From contig JBBQXZ010000001.1 in the NCBI GenBank assembly GCA_038209145.1, positions 524-64,523 of the forward strand: a DNA stretch of 64,000 nt, read 5' to 3'. This document shows positions 19,554-29,119 of the stretch, one piece after another. Numbering within the stretch: position 1 is the first letter of the stretch; each line of letters starts with the position of its first letter. The notes under the pieces are model-generated. The model ran no database searches and was not told where the DNA came from. It saw only the letters and a list, made by a program, of their open reading frames with translations. The position numbers and the translations under genes are program-made. Origin of the DNA: Cytophagales bacterium. Lineage in GTDB: Bacteria > Bacteroidota > Bacteroidia > Cytophagales > Cyclobacteriaceae.

Positions 19554-19644
19554 CCGCCTCTGGAATAAAATCTATTTCTTACAAGTCCTTGTACTTGCTG
19601 TCTTGACTTTTCTGTTTTATCTTCTTACCAAGGCATTCGAATGA
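19546..19644 (+). CDS. 32-aa single-TM small protein coupled to the symporter
   Basis: MTNRLWNKIYFLQVLVLAVLTFLFYLLTKAFE. Overlaps the upstream stop by 8 nt and the downstream start via ATGA. Below the ORF-track length cutoff. Confidence 0.75.
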   Translation: MTNRLWNKIYFLQVLVLAVLTFLFYLLTKAFE

Positions 19645-21356
19645 GTACGTTGGACTGGAGTATCCTGTTTGGAACCTTGACTGCGATAGTCGGATATGGG
19701 GTGTACAAAACATACGGTCCCAAGGACATGGAAAAATACCTGAAGGGAGGCAACGACATGAATTGGTGGACCATTGGTTTGTCCATAATGGCTACCCAAG
19801 CTTCGGCAATTACCTTTTTGAGTACTCCCGGTCAGGCTTATTCTGACGGAATGCGCTTCATCCAGTTTTATTTTGGATTGCCCGTAGCCATGATTATCAT
19901 ATCGGTTTTTTTTATTCCGATTTATTATAAGCTCAAGGTTTACACCGCCTACGAGTTTTTGGAATCCCGCTTTGACTTGAAAACCAGGACACTGGCAGCA
20001 TCTCTCTTTCTCATTCAACGAGGGCTTGCAGCTGGAATTACCATCTATGCCCCATCAATCATTCTTTCAACCTTACTTAACTGGAACCTGACGTTCACCA
20101 ATATATTTATTGGCTGTCTGGTCATTATATACACGGCATCAGGAGGTACCAAGGCCGTTTCTATTACCCAAAAGCAGCAAATGGCCGTGATGATGGGGGG
20201 GATGGTTTTAGCTGGCATCCTTGTGATTCAAATGCTACCAGTCACATTTACCGAAGCCCTGCATGTTGCGGGAAAAATGGACAAACTCAACATTGTTAAT
20301 TTTGAATTTGACCTCTCCGACAGGTACAATTTCTGGTCGGGAATGACTGGGGCTCTTTTCCTTTTTCTGTCTTACTTTGGGACCGACCAGTCTCAGGTAC
20401 AACGCTACCTAACCGGCAGATCCCTTACCCAAAGCAGGATGGGCTTAATGATGAACGGCTTTCTGAAGATCCCCATGCAATTTATCATTTTGTTTATTGG
20501 GGTGATGGTATTTGTTTTTTACCAATTCTTCCAACCTCCTGTTTTTTTCAACCAAGTGCAGGTAGACAAACTAAAACAAAGTGAGTACTGGGATGAATAC
20601 CAAAGTTTGGAGGAAGAATATAAGATAAAGTTTGAATCCAAAAATATAGAGATCTATGCCTTGTTGGATGCAGTCAAGTCCGAGGATGACGAACGAATAG
20701 AAATATCAAAGGAAAAAATTAAGGAAGAATCCAAGGAACAGGAAGCCATCCGGTCTGAAATAAAATCCTTGATCCTTGCCAATGATCCTTTGGGCGAAAC
20801 CAATGACACGGATTATGTTTTTATGCGCTTTGTGATGGATTATCTGCCAAAGGGAATAATCGGGTTATTGTTTGCAGTCATATTCTCGGCGGCCATGTCC
20901 AGTACCGCATCCGAACTCAACGCCTTAGCCTCTACAACTACCATAGACATCTATAAACGATCCCTGAATAAAAATGATCTTTCCCGACATTACATGTATT
21001 CTTCTAAGTGGTTTACGGTGTTGTGGGGTGGATTTGCGATACTATTCGCCACTTATGCCACTTTATTTGAAAACCTGATTCAGGCAGTCAACCTCTTGGG
21101 TTCATTGTTTTACGGGACTATCTTGGGAATCTTTTTGGTGGCTTTTTTCATGAAATGGGTCAAGGGTCACGCCGTATTTTTGGCAGCCTTGATTACGGAA
21201 GCAGTGATTTTGCTTATCCATTTCAATAATGGAGGAGAGTTGCTGGGGGTACCAATAAACATAGGTTTCCTTTGGTACAACGCTATCGGAAGTTTGTTGC
21301 TGATGATAATAGCCGGGATTATCCAACTGATTCTAAAAATACCAACAAAAGATTAA
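19641..21356 (+). CDS. Sodium:solute symporter (SSS) family protein
   Basis: SIMATQASAITFLSTPG, YEFLESRFD, GTDQSQVQRYL, AAMSSTASELNAL; many TM helices. Confidence 0.95.
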   Translation: MSTLDWSILFGTLTAIVGYGVYKTYGPKDMEKYLKGGNDMNWWTIGLSIMATQASAITFLSTPGQAYSDGMRFIQFYFGLPVAMIIISVFFIPIYYKLKVYTAYEFLESRFDLKTRTLAASLFLIQRGLAAGITIYAPSIILSTLLNWNLTFTNIFIGCLVIIYTASGGTKAVSITQKQQMAVMMGGMVLAGILVIQMLPVTFTEALHVAGKMDKLNIVNFEFDLSDRYNFWSGMTGALFLFLSYFGTDQSQVQRYLTGRSLTQSRMGLMMNGFLKIPMQFIILFIGVMVFVFYQFFQPPVFFNQVQVDKLKQSEYWDEYQSLEEEYKIKFESKNIEIYALLDAVKSEDDERIEISKEKIKEESKEQEAIRSEIKSLILANDPLGETNDTDYVFMRFVMDYLPKGIIGLLFAVIFSAAMSSTASELNALASTTTIDIYKRSLNKNDLSRHYMYSSKWFTVLWGGFAILFATYATLFENLIQAVNLLGSLFYGTILGIFLVAFFMKWVKGHAVFLAALITEAVILLIHFNNGGELLGVPINIGFLWYNAIGSLLLMIIAGIIQLILKIPTKD

Positions 21357-21388
21357 AAAATGGTGGAAATCATTAAGATTTCCACCAT
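21355..21388. terminator. Hairpin terminator between convergent genes (T-run on the minus strand)
   Basis: ATGGTGGAAATC(21360-21371)/GATTTCCACCAT(21377-21388), preceded by an A-run. Confidence 0.8.
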
Positions 21389-21409
21389 CAACAAATTTCA
21401 TAATGCCCC

Positions 21410-22258
21410 CTATTTAATTGACTTGATTAGTCTTTCATTTAGTCCAACATAATCCAGGTTTTTTGCTTCTTTGGCCAATGCCATGGAAGCTGTTGCAGAT
21501 GCTTTGGCTTCTTCCTTCAAATTCATTTTTTGCTCAATTTTTGCCTTCAAGTGGATTGTCCAGTATTTGGGATCTGATTCTACAGACTTGGTGATCCAAT
21601 CCAAGGCGAGATCCAAATCTCGGTCCGTATTGAAATAATAACTTGCAGCCTGGAAATAAGTGCCTGGATTTCCCGGAGTTTTGTCAATTACCTGATTTTG
21701 TATTTGTTGCATGACAATGGGGTCCACTTGGCTTTCAATCCGTAATTGGGTAGATACCTTTTCCCAATCAATAAATAAGGCGGCTCCCGAATCCGTAATA
21801 TCCCTAAAACCTATTTCAAGTGTTTCTATTGGTTTTTTTAGTTTTTTGGAGGGTACTTTTACCCGGAGTATATCGTCGGAAGGGTTGTATCCCAAAGCTC
21901 CCCAAAGATCCGTCTTGGATGAAAAAACCACGGTGGAAAAATCTTTATCAGGTATGCTATAGAGTGCATACTTCCCTGCTTTGAGGGGTTGGCCTTCAAT
22001 GGTTACATCGGTGCTGAATTCCAAGATGGTGGCAGAATTGGCCCCTGTTCTCCAAACTTGTCCATAAGGGACCAATTCTCCGAAAACTTTTCTTTCCCTC
22101 ACACTGGGCCTGCTGTATTCGAGTGTTACTTGGGTAAGTCCCACCAGCTGACTGACTTTTGAAGGCGGACTTGCCTGGGGCATTTGGATTTGGGCCATCA
22201 CGGAGAAATTAATAAGCATGGCTGCTGCAAATGGATAAATAGACTGTTTTGTATTCAT
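21410..22258 (-). CDS. DUF2911 domain-containing exported protein with TPR-like tail
   Basis: ASPPSKVSQLVGLT, EYSRPSVRER.VFGELVPYGQVWRTGAN, AGKYALYSIP. Confidence 0.88.
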   Translation of the reverse strand: MNTKQSIYPFAAAMLINFSVMAQIQMPQASPPSKVSQLVGLTQVTLEYSRPSVRERKVFGELVPYGQVWRTGANSATILEFSTDVTIEGQPLKAGKYALYSIPDKDFSTVVFSSKTDLWGALGYNPSDDILRVKVPSKKLKKPIETLEIGFRDITDSGAALFIDWEKVSTQLRIESQVDPIVMQQIQNQVIDKTPGNPGTYFQAASYYFNTDRDLDLALDWITKSVESDPKYWTIHLKAKIEQKMNLKEEAKASATASMALAKEAKNLDYVGLNERLIKSIK

Positions 22259-22338
22259 AGAAATTTATAATTATATTAGGTTTCCTTTGTAGTAAGGTCA
22301 TCTGGGATTTTATTAAATGACAATACGATAAACGCACG

Positions 22339-22346
22339 CAAATGTA
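22339..22346 (-). promoter_or_regulatory. TAnnTTTG box upstream of the DUF2911 gene
   Basis: Minus-strand TACATTTG about 80 nt upstream of start 22258. Confidence 0.5.
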
Positions 22347-22453
22347 GGCAGTTTCTATGAGTTAAGGGCGATAGTGTAAATTAATTAAGGAAAAGTAATA
22401 CCCTGATTTTGTAGTTCAAACCTTTGAAAATTATTTTCAATAAAATTCTTTCA

Positions 22454-23374
22454 ATGAACATAGCCATTATTGCGCCATTCAAAGACGTATCGGATTGGGT
22501 AGCTACTTTTCAGGCGTTGGAACCTTCTCTAACCGTTGAGGTTTTTCCTGCCATCCAAAAGTATGAAAGGGTCGATGCAGTAGTGCTTTGGCAACATCCC
22601 CACGGGCTTTTGAAAGAGTTTCCTAACTTACAGTTGATATGTTCCATGGGCTCGGGAGTAGATCATATTATGGCTGATCCGGACCTACCCGAAGGTATTC
22701 CCATTACCCGTATTGTTGATTCCCGGCTTACTTTTAGCATGACCAACTATGTGATCATGGGAATACTGAATTTTCACAGGCAACTCTTCCGTTACTTGGA
22801 ATACAAAAAAAATAAAACCTGGGACATGAGCAATCCCGAGATCGATATCACGGTAGGGGTGATGGGTGCGGGTCAATTGGGGAGCGATGTGCTAAACAAA
22901 CTGAAGGCATTGGGAATTTCTGCTATGGCCTATGGAAATAGTCCGAAGGAAAACTACCCCCATCCTTATTATTACGGAAGCCAACTGGATGAATTTCTCC
23001 AACAGGTAAATGTAGTTGTTTGTTTATTGCCGTTAACCCCCAATACGGTTGGGTTTTTAAATAGGAAGCTATTTGAAAAATTCAGGCAGGCAACCTATTT
23101 GATCAATGTGGCCCGTGGCAAACATTTGATCGAAAAGGATTTGATTGATGCTATTTCGGCAGGATATGTGTCCGGAGCGCTCTTGGATGTCTTTCAGGAA
23201 GAACCTTTGCCAGCCGACCACCCCTTTTGGGAGCATCCAGCCATTATGATTACCCCTCACATTGCTTGTATTACCATGTATCAGGCTGCAGTGCCCCAAA
23301 TCTTGGCAAATCTAAAAAACCTGTTGAATAAAGACCCGCTCCAAAATCAGATTGATCGAAGTCAGGGCTATTAA
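22454..23374 (+). CDS. ghrA: D-2-hydroxyacid dehydrogenase, glyoxylate/hydroxypyruvate reductase A-like
   Basis: SMGSGVDH, VGVMGAGQLG, LINVARG, LDVFQEEPL, ITPHIA. Confidence 0.85.
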   Translation: MNIAIIAPFKDVSDWVATFQALEPSLTVEVFPAIQKYERVDAVVLWQHPHGLLKEFPNLQLICSMGSGVDHIMADPDLPEGIPITRIVDSRLTFSMTNYVIMGILNFHRQLFRYLEYKKNKTWDMSNPEIDITVGVMGAGQLGSDVLNKLKALGISAMAYGNSPKENYPHPYYYGSQLDEFLQQVNVVVCLLPLTPNTVGFLNRKLFEKFRQATYLINVARGKHLIEKDLIDAISAGYVSGALLDVFQEEPLPADHPFWEHPAIMITPHIACITMYQAAVPQILANLKNLLNKDPLQNQIDRSQGY

Positions 23375-23402
23375 ATCATTTGTTTCTATATCCTATACAC
23401 CT

Positions 23403-24239
23403 ATGAGAACCTATACTATTTTATGTCCAACGGACTTTTCGGAATGCTCTCTGAATGCCATCGAATATGCTGCCAAATTCGGGGAAAAACACAAAGCAAA
23501 TCTAATTATATTTCATGTTCCCAACAAAGACGATTACCAAAAGCTTAATCTGAATAGCAAGTTTGGAGATGAACTCCAGTTTGCTGAAAATAAAATCAAC
23601 AACTTAGTCAAAACAGTAAAAGAAGAGAGTTTGTACAACGGATTGGCGTCCTGCGTTGGCGTGATTAAAGAAGGAAAAACCATTGATGCTATACTGGATT
23701 ACGCAACAGAAAGGAAAGTGGATCTTATGGTTATGGGAACGGAAGGAGTAAATGAATTGAAGAAAAATTATATTGGTACCACTACGAGTAAAATTGTCAG
23801 TCGATCGGTTCAGGATGTGTTCGTTATCCCGCGCAAGGTATTTTTCAAAACACCCCGTAAATTAGTATTCGCGACGGATTATCTAGAGGAAGACAAATTA
23901 GCTGTTCAGAAGGTAGTAGAAATTGCGAAATTTTTTGACAGTGAAATAGACATTGTTCATGTAGAGTCGAAATTGGGTGTAATAGACAAGGCACTCCATG
24001 AAACAATGATTGGTGAAATAACACCCTTTATAAGATATGAAAAGATAAATTTTATATTAAAATCTTATAGTGATGATCCTGGATTGGGACTGGAAAGTTA
24101 TCTTTTGTCCGCAAAGGGGGACATGCTTTTTACGCTTAGCATGAAAAAGACATGGTTTGATCAACTCTTCACTCAGAACTTATCGCGGAAAATGTCCTAT
24201 TTCATCAATAAGCCACTCTATGTAATCAAGACCCTTTGA
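23403..24239 (+). CDS. Universal stress protein (tandem USP domains)
   Basis: ILCPTDFSECS, DLMVMGT..G, second-domain LVFATD. Confidence 0.9.
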   Translation: MRTYTILCPTDFSECSLNAIEYAAKFGEKHKANLIIFHVPNKDDYQKLNLNSKFGDELQFAENKINNLVKTVKEESLYNGLASCVGVIKEGKTIDAILDYATERKVDLMVMGTEGVNELKKNYIGTTTSKIVSRSVQDVFVIPRKVFFKTPRKLVFATDYLEEDKLAVQKVVEIAKFFDSEIDIVHVESKLGVIDKALHETMIGEITPFIRYEKINFILKSYSDDPGLGLESYLLSAKGDMLFTLSMKKTWFDQLFTQNLSRKMSYFINKPLYVIKTL

Positions 24240-24948
24240 TTTTTCCCTTTATAAAGACATAAAAATCCTTTCGAACTTTCTCATCTTTGACTAATCCGTT
24301 TAAAACTTCAAAAAAGGTAGAAAAGGTTAATGGTTTTGCATTGTTCTGGGGATCATCATCAGCGGACGAAACCGCTTTTGGGTTTTTATACTCCGGTTCC
24401 GGAATTTCTATATTTTCTTGAGTGTTGTACCCAATCAGATCATCAGATTGTTTAAGACTTTTCTTGGAACGGCTTTTATAACCCAGTTTTTCTTCGACTA
24501 ACCCTTTGTTATTAAATGAAATGGCATCTTCGGGATCCATTTCGATGGCTTTTTCATAATCCGCAATGGCTCCCTCCAAATCTCCAATCCTGTCTTTCAG
24601 ATAGGCCCTGCTTGAATACCTGTAGGGATTGCGAGGATCAAGGTTTAATGCCCTGCCCAGTTCGGAAAGTGCCTCTTCATTTCTTTTTAAAAGGTGCAGG
24701 ACAACGGCCCTATCACTGATAAACGTAGTGTCGTAAGGTGATTGATTGATCAGCTTATCAAAATCCTCCAATGATTTTTCATAACTACCCATTCGGGAAA
24801 AAACCCGTGCCCTATAGGATAGGTACGCTGTTTCGTCCGGATTTTCCCAGACTAATATATGGAATAACTCGAGCGATTCGCCGAATTTTCCTTGCTTGAA
24901 CAAAGATTTTGCTTTTTCAAATTGTGCCACACGTTCATGAGTTTGCAT
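24226..24948 (-). CDS. Tetratricopeptide repeat protein
   Basis: Repeated TPR motifs (AYLSYRA, ALNLDPRNPYRYSSRA, AIEMDPEDAISFNNKG). Start moved to ATG 24948 to avoid overlap with holA. Confidence 0.85.
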   Translation of the reverse strand: MQTHERVAQFEKAKSLFKQGKFGESLELFHILVWENPDETAYLSYRARVFSRMGSYEKSLEDFDKLINQSPYDTTFISDRAVVLHLLKRNEEALSELGRALNLDPRNPYRYSSRAYLKDRIGDLEGAIADYEKAIEMDPEDAISFNNKGLVEEKLGYKSRSKKSLKQSDDLIGYNTQENIEIPEPEYKNPKAVSSADDDPQNNAKPLTFSTFFEVLNGLVKDEKVRKDFYVFIKGKIKGS

Positions 24949-25065
24949 GCCAATACTACAATATTTACCCATCATTTGTTTCCCACAACCTAAAAAATCC
25001 GGGTTTAGCCTGATTTTTATTCTGCGATTCCGTAAATCTCCCGTTCGGCAATCGCCATTTTTCTT

Positions 25066-25073
25066 TACCTTTG
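25066..25073 (+). promoter_or_regulatory. TAnnTTTG box upstream of holA
   Basis: TACCTTTG 20 nt before ATG 25094. Confidence 0.55.
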
Positions 25074-25093
25074 GATGTAGATAACGCTTTTCC

Positions 25094-26116
25094 ATGCCCA
25101 GCACCCCTGAAACTATTTTAAAAGAGTTGAAATCAGGCAAGTTTTCACCTGTCTATTTTATTCAAGGTGATGAGCCTTATTTCATTGATCAAATCACAAA
25201 TTACATTGAGAATCACGCAATATCGCCAGCCGAAAGGGGATTTAACCAACTTGTCATGTATGGCAAGGATGCCTCTATGGCCTCCGTGATGACAAACGCC
25301 AAACGTTTCCCAATGATGGCAGACAGACAGGTGGTGATTGTAAAGGAAGCCCAAAATATCCAGGATTTGGGAAAAGAAGAAGGAGATAGCATGCTGATTA
25401 GTTATGTAAAAAATCCACTTCCCAGCACCATTTTGGTCTTTGCGCACAAATACAAAACCTTAGATGGTAGAAAAGCACTGCACAAAGAATTGGATAAGCA
25501 TGCCATTCTGGTCAAATCCGACAAAGTACCGGAATACAAACTTTCCCCTTACATAGAGGAATATTTGAAAGAAAAAGGGTTTGCCATAGACACCAAGGCC
25601 TGCCAGGTGCTTGCTGAATCCATCGGGAACAACCTGGAAGTCCTCACAAACGAGGTGGATAAAATGCTGATCAACTTTTCGGAGCCTATTAAAATCACGA
25701 CCGATCATATCCAAAAATTCATTGGAATAAGTAAGGAATACAACTCATTTGAATTGACCAAGGCGCTGAGCTACAAGGATGTGCTCAAGGCAAATACAAT
25801 TATCCGTTATTTCAGTCAGAATCCTAAATCGAACCCGCTGATTCTTATTAACAGTTCGTTATTCGCTCACTTTAACCGCATTTTGCTGGTTTTTGGAAAT
25901 AAGCAATCTTCTGAGAGAGAACTCGCTGGTATTCTTAAAGTTAACCCCTACTTTATCAAAGAGTATAATATTGCGACAAAAAATTACTCCTTAGGCAAGA
26001 TTATTGATATCATCGGATACTTGCGGGAAGCAGATTTGCGCTCAAAAGGTGTCGATAACAACAGCATGGACGAATTCCAAATTTTAAAAGAACTTATATT
26101 TAAAATCCTGCATTAA
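25094..26116 (+). CDS. holA: DNA polymerase III subunit delta
   Basis: PVYFIQGDEPY, FNQLVMYGKD, PMMADRQVVIVKEAQ, LREADLRSKG. Confidence 0.93.
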   Translation: MPSTPETILKELKSGKFSPVYFIQGDEPYFIDQITNYIENHAISPAERGFNQLVMYGKDASMASVMTNAKRFPMMADRQVVIVKEAQNIQDLGKEEGDSMLISYVKNPLPSTILVFAHKYKTLDGRKALHKELDKHAILVKSDKVPEYKLSPYIEEYLKEKGFAIDTKACQVLAESIGNNLEVLTNEVDKMLINFSEPIKITTDHIQKFIGISKEYNSFELTKALSYKDVLKANTIIRYFSQNPKSNPLILINSSLFAHFNRILLVFGNKQSSERELAGILKVNPYFIKEYNIATKNYSLGKIIDIIGYLREADLRSKGVDNNSMDEFQILKELIFKILH

Positions 26117-26131
26117 TTTCAGTTGCAAATC

Positions 26132-29116
26132 ATGAAAATATCCCTAATCACATTCGTATTTCTAGGCCTGCATTTTCAGGTCAACGCCCAGGCTACCTTG
26201 TATCAGCAGGGATCAGAAATAGTTTTTCAAGATGCATTGGAATTGTATACAAAAGGGCAGTATCCCGCTTCAAAAATAGAATTTGCCCGGTTAGCCGAAG
26301 CCAACCTCTCTGAAAACAGAGAAATTGAAAGAAAATATTACTATGCTTCAGCTGCATTGCAAACTGAAAATCCGGATGGTTCGATTCTGCTCGAAAAATT
26401 CATATTGGATTATCCATCAGCACCTCTGCGGAATACGGCCGCGATGGAATTGGGCAATCATTTCTTCCTCGCCCGTAACTATCCCAAAGCTATCGAATCC
26501 TATCGGAAAGTAGATACAGGGACAATCTTTGGTGAAGAAAAGGCAGAAGTATTGTTCAAAACCGGGTATTCATTTTTTCAATTGAAAAACTATCGGGAAT
26601 CCTTGGGCTATTTCGAACAGGCGAAGCGTTTCAGGTCTGAATACCTTCCAGATGCCTATTATTATGCAGCCTATGTCTATATGGTTCAAAATGATGATGT
26701 GAAGGCTGTTCAGGATTTTAAAGAAGCAGAAAAAGCAAGTACCTATGCTGGCAAAGTGCCCTATATGTTAGCCTCCATTTTCTATCGCCAAAAAGATTAT
26801 GATGCCTTAATTGCCTATGTGCCAACAGTGATTCAAAGACAGGGATTGGATAAAAAGGAAGCCATTCAGCTTCTCTTGGCAGAGGCCTACTACGAAAGAG
26901 GAAATTACGATCAGGCGGCTCAAAATTATATGGCTTTTGTTCAGGCCAAGAAAGGTGCCCTGACACGAGAACAACAGTACAAAGCTGGGGTTAGTCATTA
27001 TCAAATCGGAAAATTTGGTGAAGCAAGTAATTATTTTAAGGAAGTAGCCTTGAAAAATGACAAATTGGGTCAGGTATCAAGTTATTACCTTGGGCATGCC
27101 TATGTCAAATTAAATAACCCCCAGTTTGCATCCAACAGTTTCGGTAATGCCTACAAAAGTGATCAAGATCCACAAATCAAAGAGGAGGCACTCTTCAATT
27201 ATGCCAAAGTAAATTTGGATCGGGGGAGTTTTCAAGACGCCGTAAATGCATTGGATACTTACCTGGATTCATATGCCACTGGGCCGCATGCCAAGGAAGC
27301 CGAAAACCTACTCAGTGATGCGCTCATCAACACAAATAATTATCTCAGGGCCATTGCGCATATGGATAAAATGGCGAATAAATCAGACCGGATAAAGGGT
27401 GCTTACCAAAAAGTAACTTTTTACCAAGCCATGGTTTATTATCGGGATAATAAATATCAGGCAGCTTTGCAGCTTCTCAATAAATCGCAGACATATCCCA
27501 CTGACAGAAATCTACTTGTTCAATCCCAATTTTGGAAAGGTGAGATTCATGCCGCAAACAGTAACCTACAGGAGGCCATTAAAGCCTACGAAGGAGTCAT
27601 TGCCCTTAAACCATCGCCTCAAGACCCGCATTTGATTAAGACCCATTATGGATTGGGATATGCCTATCTCAATTCGGAGACTTACTCCAAGGCAGAGAAC
27701 CAATTCAAGGCTTATACCGACAAACTGAGAGGAAGCAGGGCAAAGGAAAATTATGATGATGCCCTTTTGCGCTTGGGAGACACCTATTATGTACAGAAGA
27801 AATTTGGGGATGCCCTTGAAACGTTTAATCGCGCTATCCGGGAAAACAATGTATCAACGGACTATGCCTATTTCCGTGCAGGGGTAATTCAAAATTTTGA
27901 GAACAGGAATGTACAGGCCATTGACCAGTTAGATCGGATTATCAATGGATTCCCAACCAGTAGGTATTTCGAAGACGCACTTTTCCAAAAGGCACAGATC
28001 AACATGGAAATGACCCGCTATGCAGAAGCCAGGGATGGTTTTTCCGCGTTGATTTCCAGCCGGCCAAACAGCCCTTTTATCCCGTTTGCCCTAGAAGGTA
28101 GGGCTGTTGCCAACTATTCTCTTCAGCAGTATGAAGGTGCCATTGCGGATTACAAACGCATCTTGGACAACCATCCCAATTCCCCCAATGTGGATGCGGC
28201 TTTGGTAGGTCTTCAGGAAAGCCTCACGCTGCAGGGCAGGGCAGGAGAGTTTTCTTCCTACCTGTCAACCTATAAAAAATCAAATCCTGGAAGCAATAGT
28301 CTCCAAGTGCTGGAATTTGAAAATGCAAAAAACCTCTTTTTTAGCCAATCTTATGCGGCTGCTATCCGTGCGTTGGAAAGCTACCTAAGAAACTACCCCA
28401 ATGTAACCCAATCTTCGGAAGCACGATTTTTCATCGGTGATGCCCATTTTCGTCTGAACGCCAAAGACAAAGCGTTGGAATATTTTTACCAATTGGAAAA
28501 TGTAAGCGATGTGGCCATAAGAAACAGGGCAATACAGCGGATAGGAACGTTGGAATTTGAAAAGGGGAATTATCAAAAATCCATTCCTTATTTCAGGTCT
28601 AGCGGTAAAAACGCCAGGACCAAAATAGAAGAATACGATGCATTTAACGGGTTGATGGAATCCTTTTTTGCAGTCAACAGCTTCGATTCAGCCATCTATT
28701 ATTCGGATAAAGTAATGCAACTGGGAGAAATCTCACCGGATGCCTTGCCCAAATCGATGCTTGTTAAAGGAAAATCCCTCCAAGCCACCGGTCGTATGGA
28801 TCAGGCAAAAGGAATTTTTAAAACCCTTTATCAAGATTTTAAAACGGTTCATGGAGCGGAAGGATTGTACCTGTTGGCAATTATTTTACATGAAAACGGA
28901 CAATTTAAAGAATCCAATGACCTCATTTTTGACCATTCTCAGGCCTTTGGTTCATATGATTTCTGGTATGGCAAGCAGTTTATTCTTTTGGCAAAGAATT
29001 ATATGAAACTCAACGAGGCTTTTCAGGCTAAAGCCACATTGGAATCCGTGGTGGAAAATTCCACCAATGAACTGGTAAAAGAGGAAGCTAACCAGTTATT
29101 ACGTTCTATCAATTGA
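26132..29116 (+). CDS. Large periplasmic TPR protein (about 990 aa)
   Basis: Signal peptide (VNA-Q) and TPR repeats throughout; CpoB/BamD-like segments such as DALFQKA..N and YP......EA.F. Confidence 0.88.
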   Translation: MKISLITFVFLGLHFQVNAQATLYQQGSEIVFQDALELYTKGQYPASKIEFARLAEANLSENREIERKYYYASAALQTENPDGSILLEKFILDYPSAPLRNTAAMELGNHFFLARNYPKAIESYRKVDTGTIFGEEKAEVLFKTGYSFFQLKNYRESLGYFEQAKRFRSEYLPDAYYYAAYVYMVQNDDVKAVQDFKEAEKASTYAGKVPYMLASIFYRQKDYDALIAYVPTVIQRQGLDKKEAIQLLLAEAYYERGNYDQAAQNYMAFVQAKKGALTREQQYKAGVSHYQIGKFGEASNYFKEVALKNDKLGQVSSYYLGHAYVKLNNPQFASNSFGNAYKSDQDPQIKEEALFNYAKVNLDRGSFQDAVNALDTYLDSYATGPHAKEAENLLSDALINTNNYLRAIAHMDKMANKSDRIKGAYQKVTFYQAMVYYRDNKYQAALQLLNKSQTYPTDRNLLVQSQFWKGEIHAANSNLQEAIKAYEGVIALKPSPQDPHLIKTHYGLGYAYLNSETYSKAENQFKAYTDKLRGSRAKENYDDALLRLGDTYYVQKKFGDALETFNRAIRENNVSTDYAYFRAGVIQNFENRNVQAIDQLDRIINGFPTSRYFEDALFQKAQINMEMTRYAEARDGFSALISSRPNSPFIPFALEGRAVANYSLQQYEGAIADYKRILDNHPNSPNVDAALVGLQESLTLQGRAGEFSSYLSTYKKSNPGSNSLQVLEFENAKNLFFSQSYAAAIRALESYLRNYPNVTQSSEARFFIGDAHFRLNAKDKALEYFYQLENVSDVAIRNRAIQRIGTLEFEKGNYQKSIPYFRSSGKNARTKIEEYDAFNGLMESFFAVNSFDSAIYYSDKVMQLGEISPDALPKSMLVKGKSLQATGRMDQAKGIFKTLYQDFKTVHGAEGLYLLAIILHENGQFKESNDLIFDHSQAFGSYDFWYGKQFILLAKNYMKLNEAFQAKATLESVVENSTNELVKEEANQLLRSIN

Positions 29117-29119
29117 TTT

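Noticed and set aside
24949-25140. N-terminal extension of the TPR ORF overlapping holA
   Set aside because: It overlaps the holA promoter box and start on the opposite strand and is non-TPR-like; the downstream ATG 24948 is preferred.
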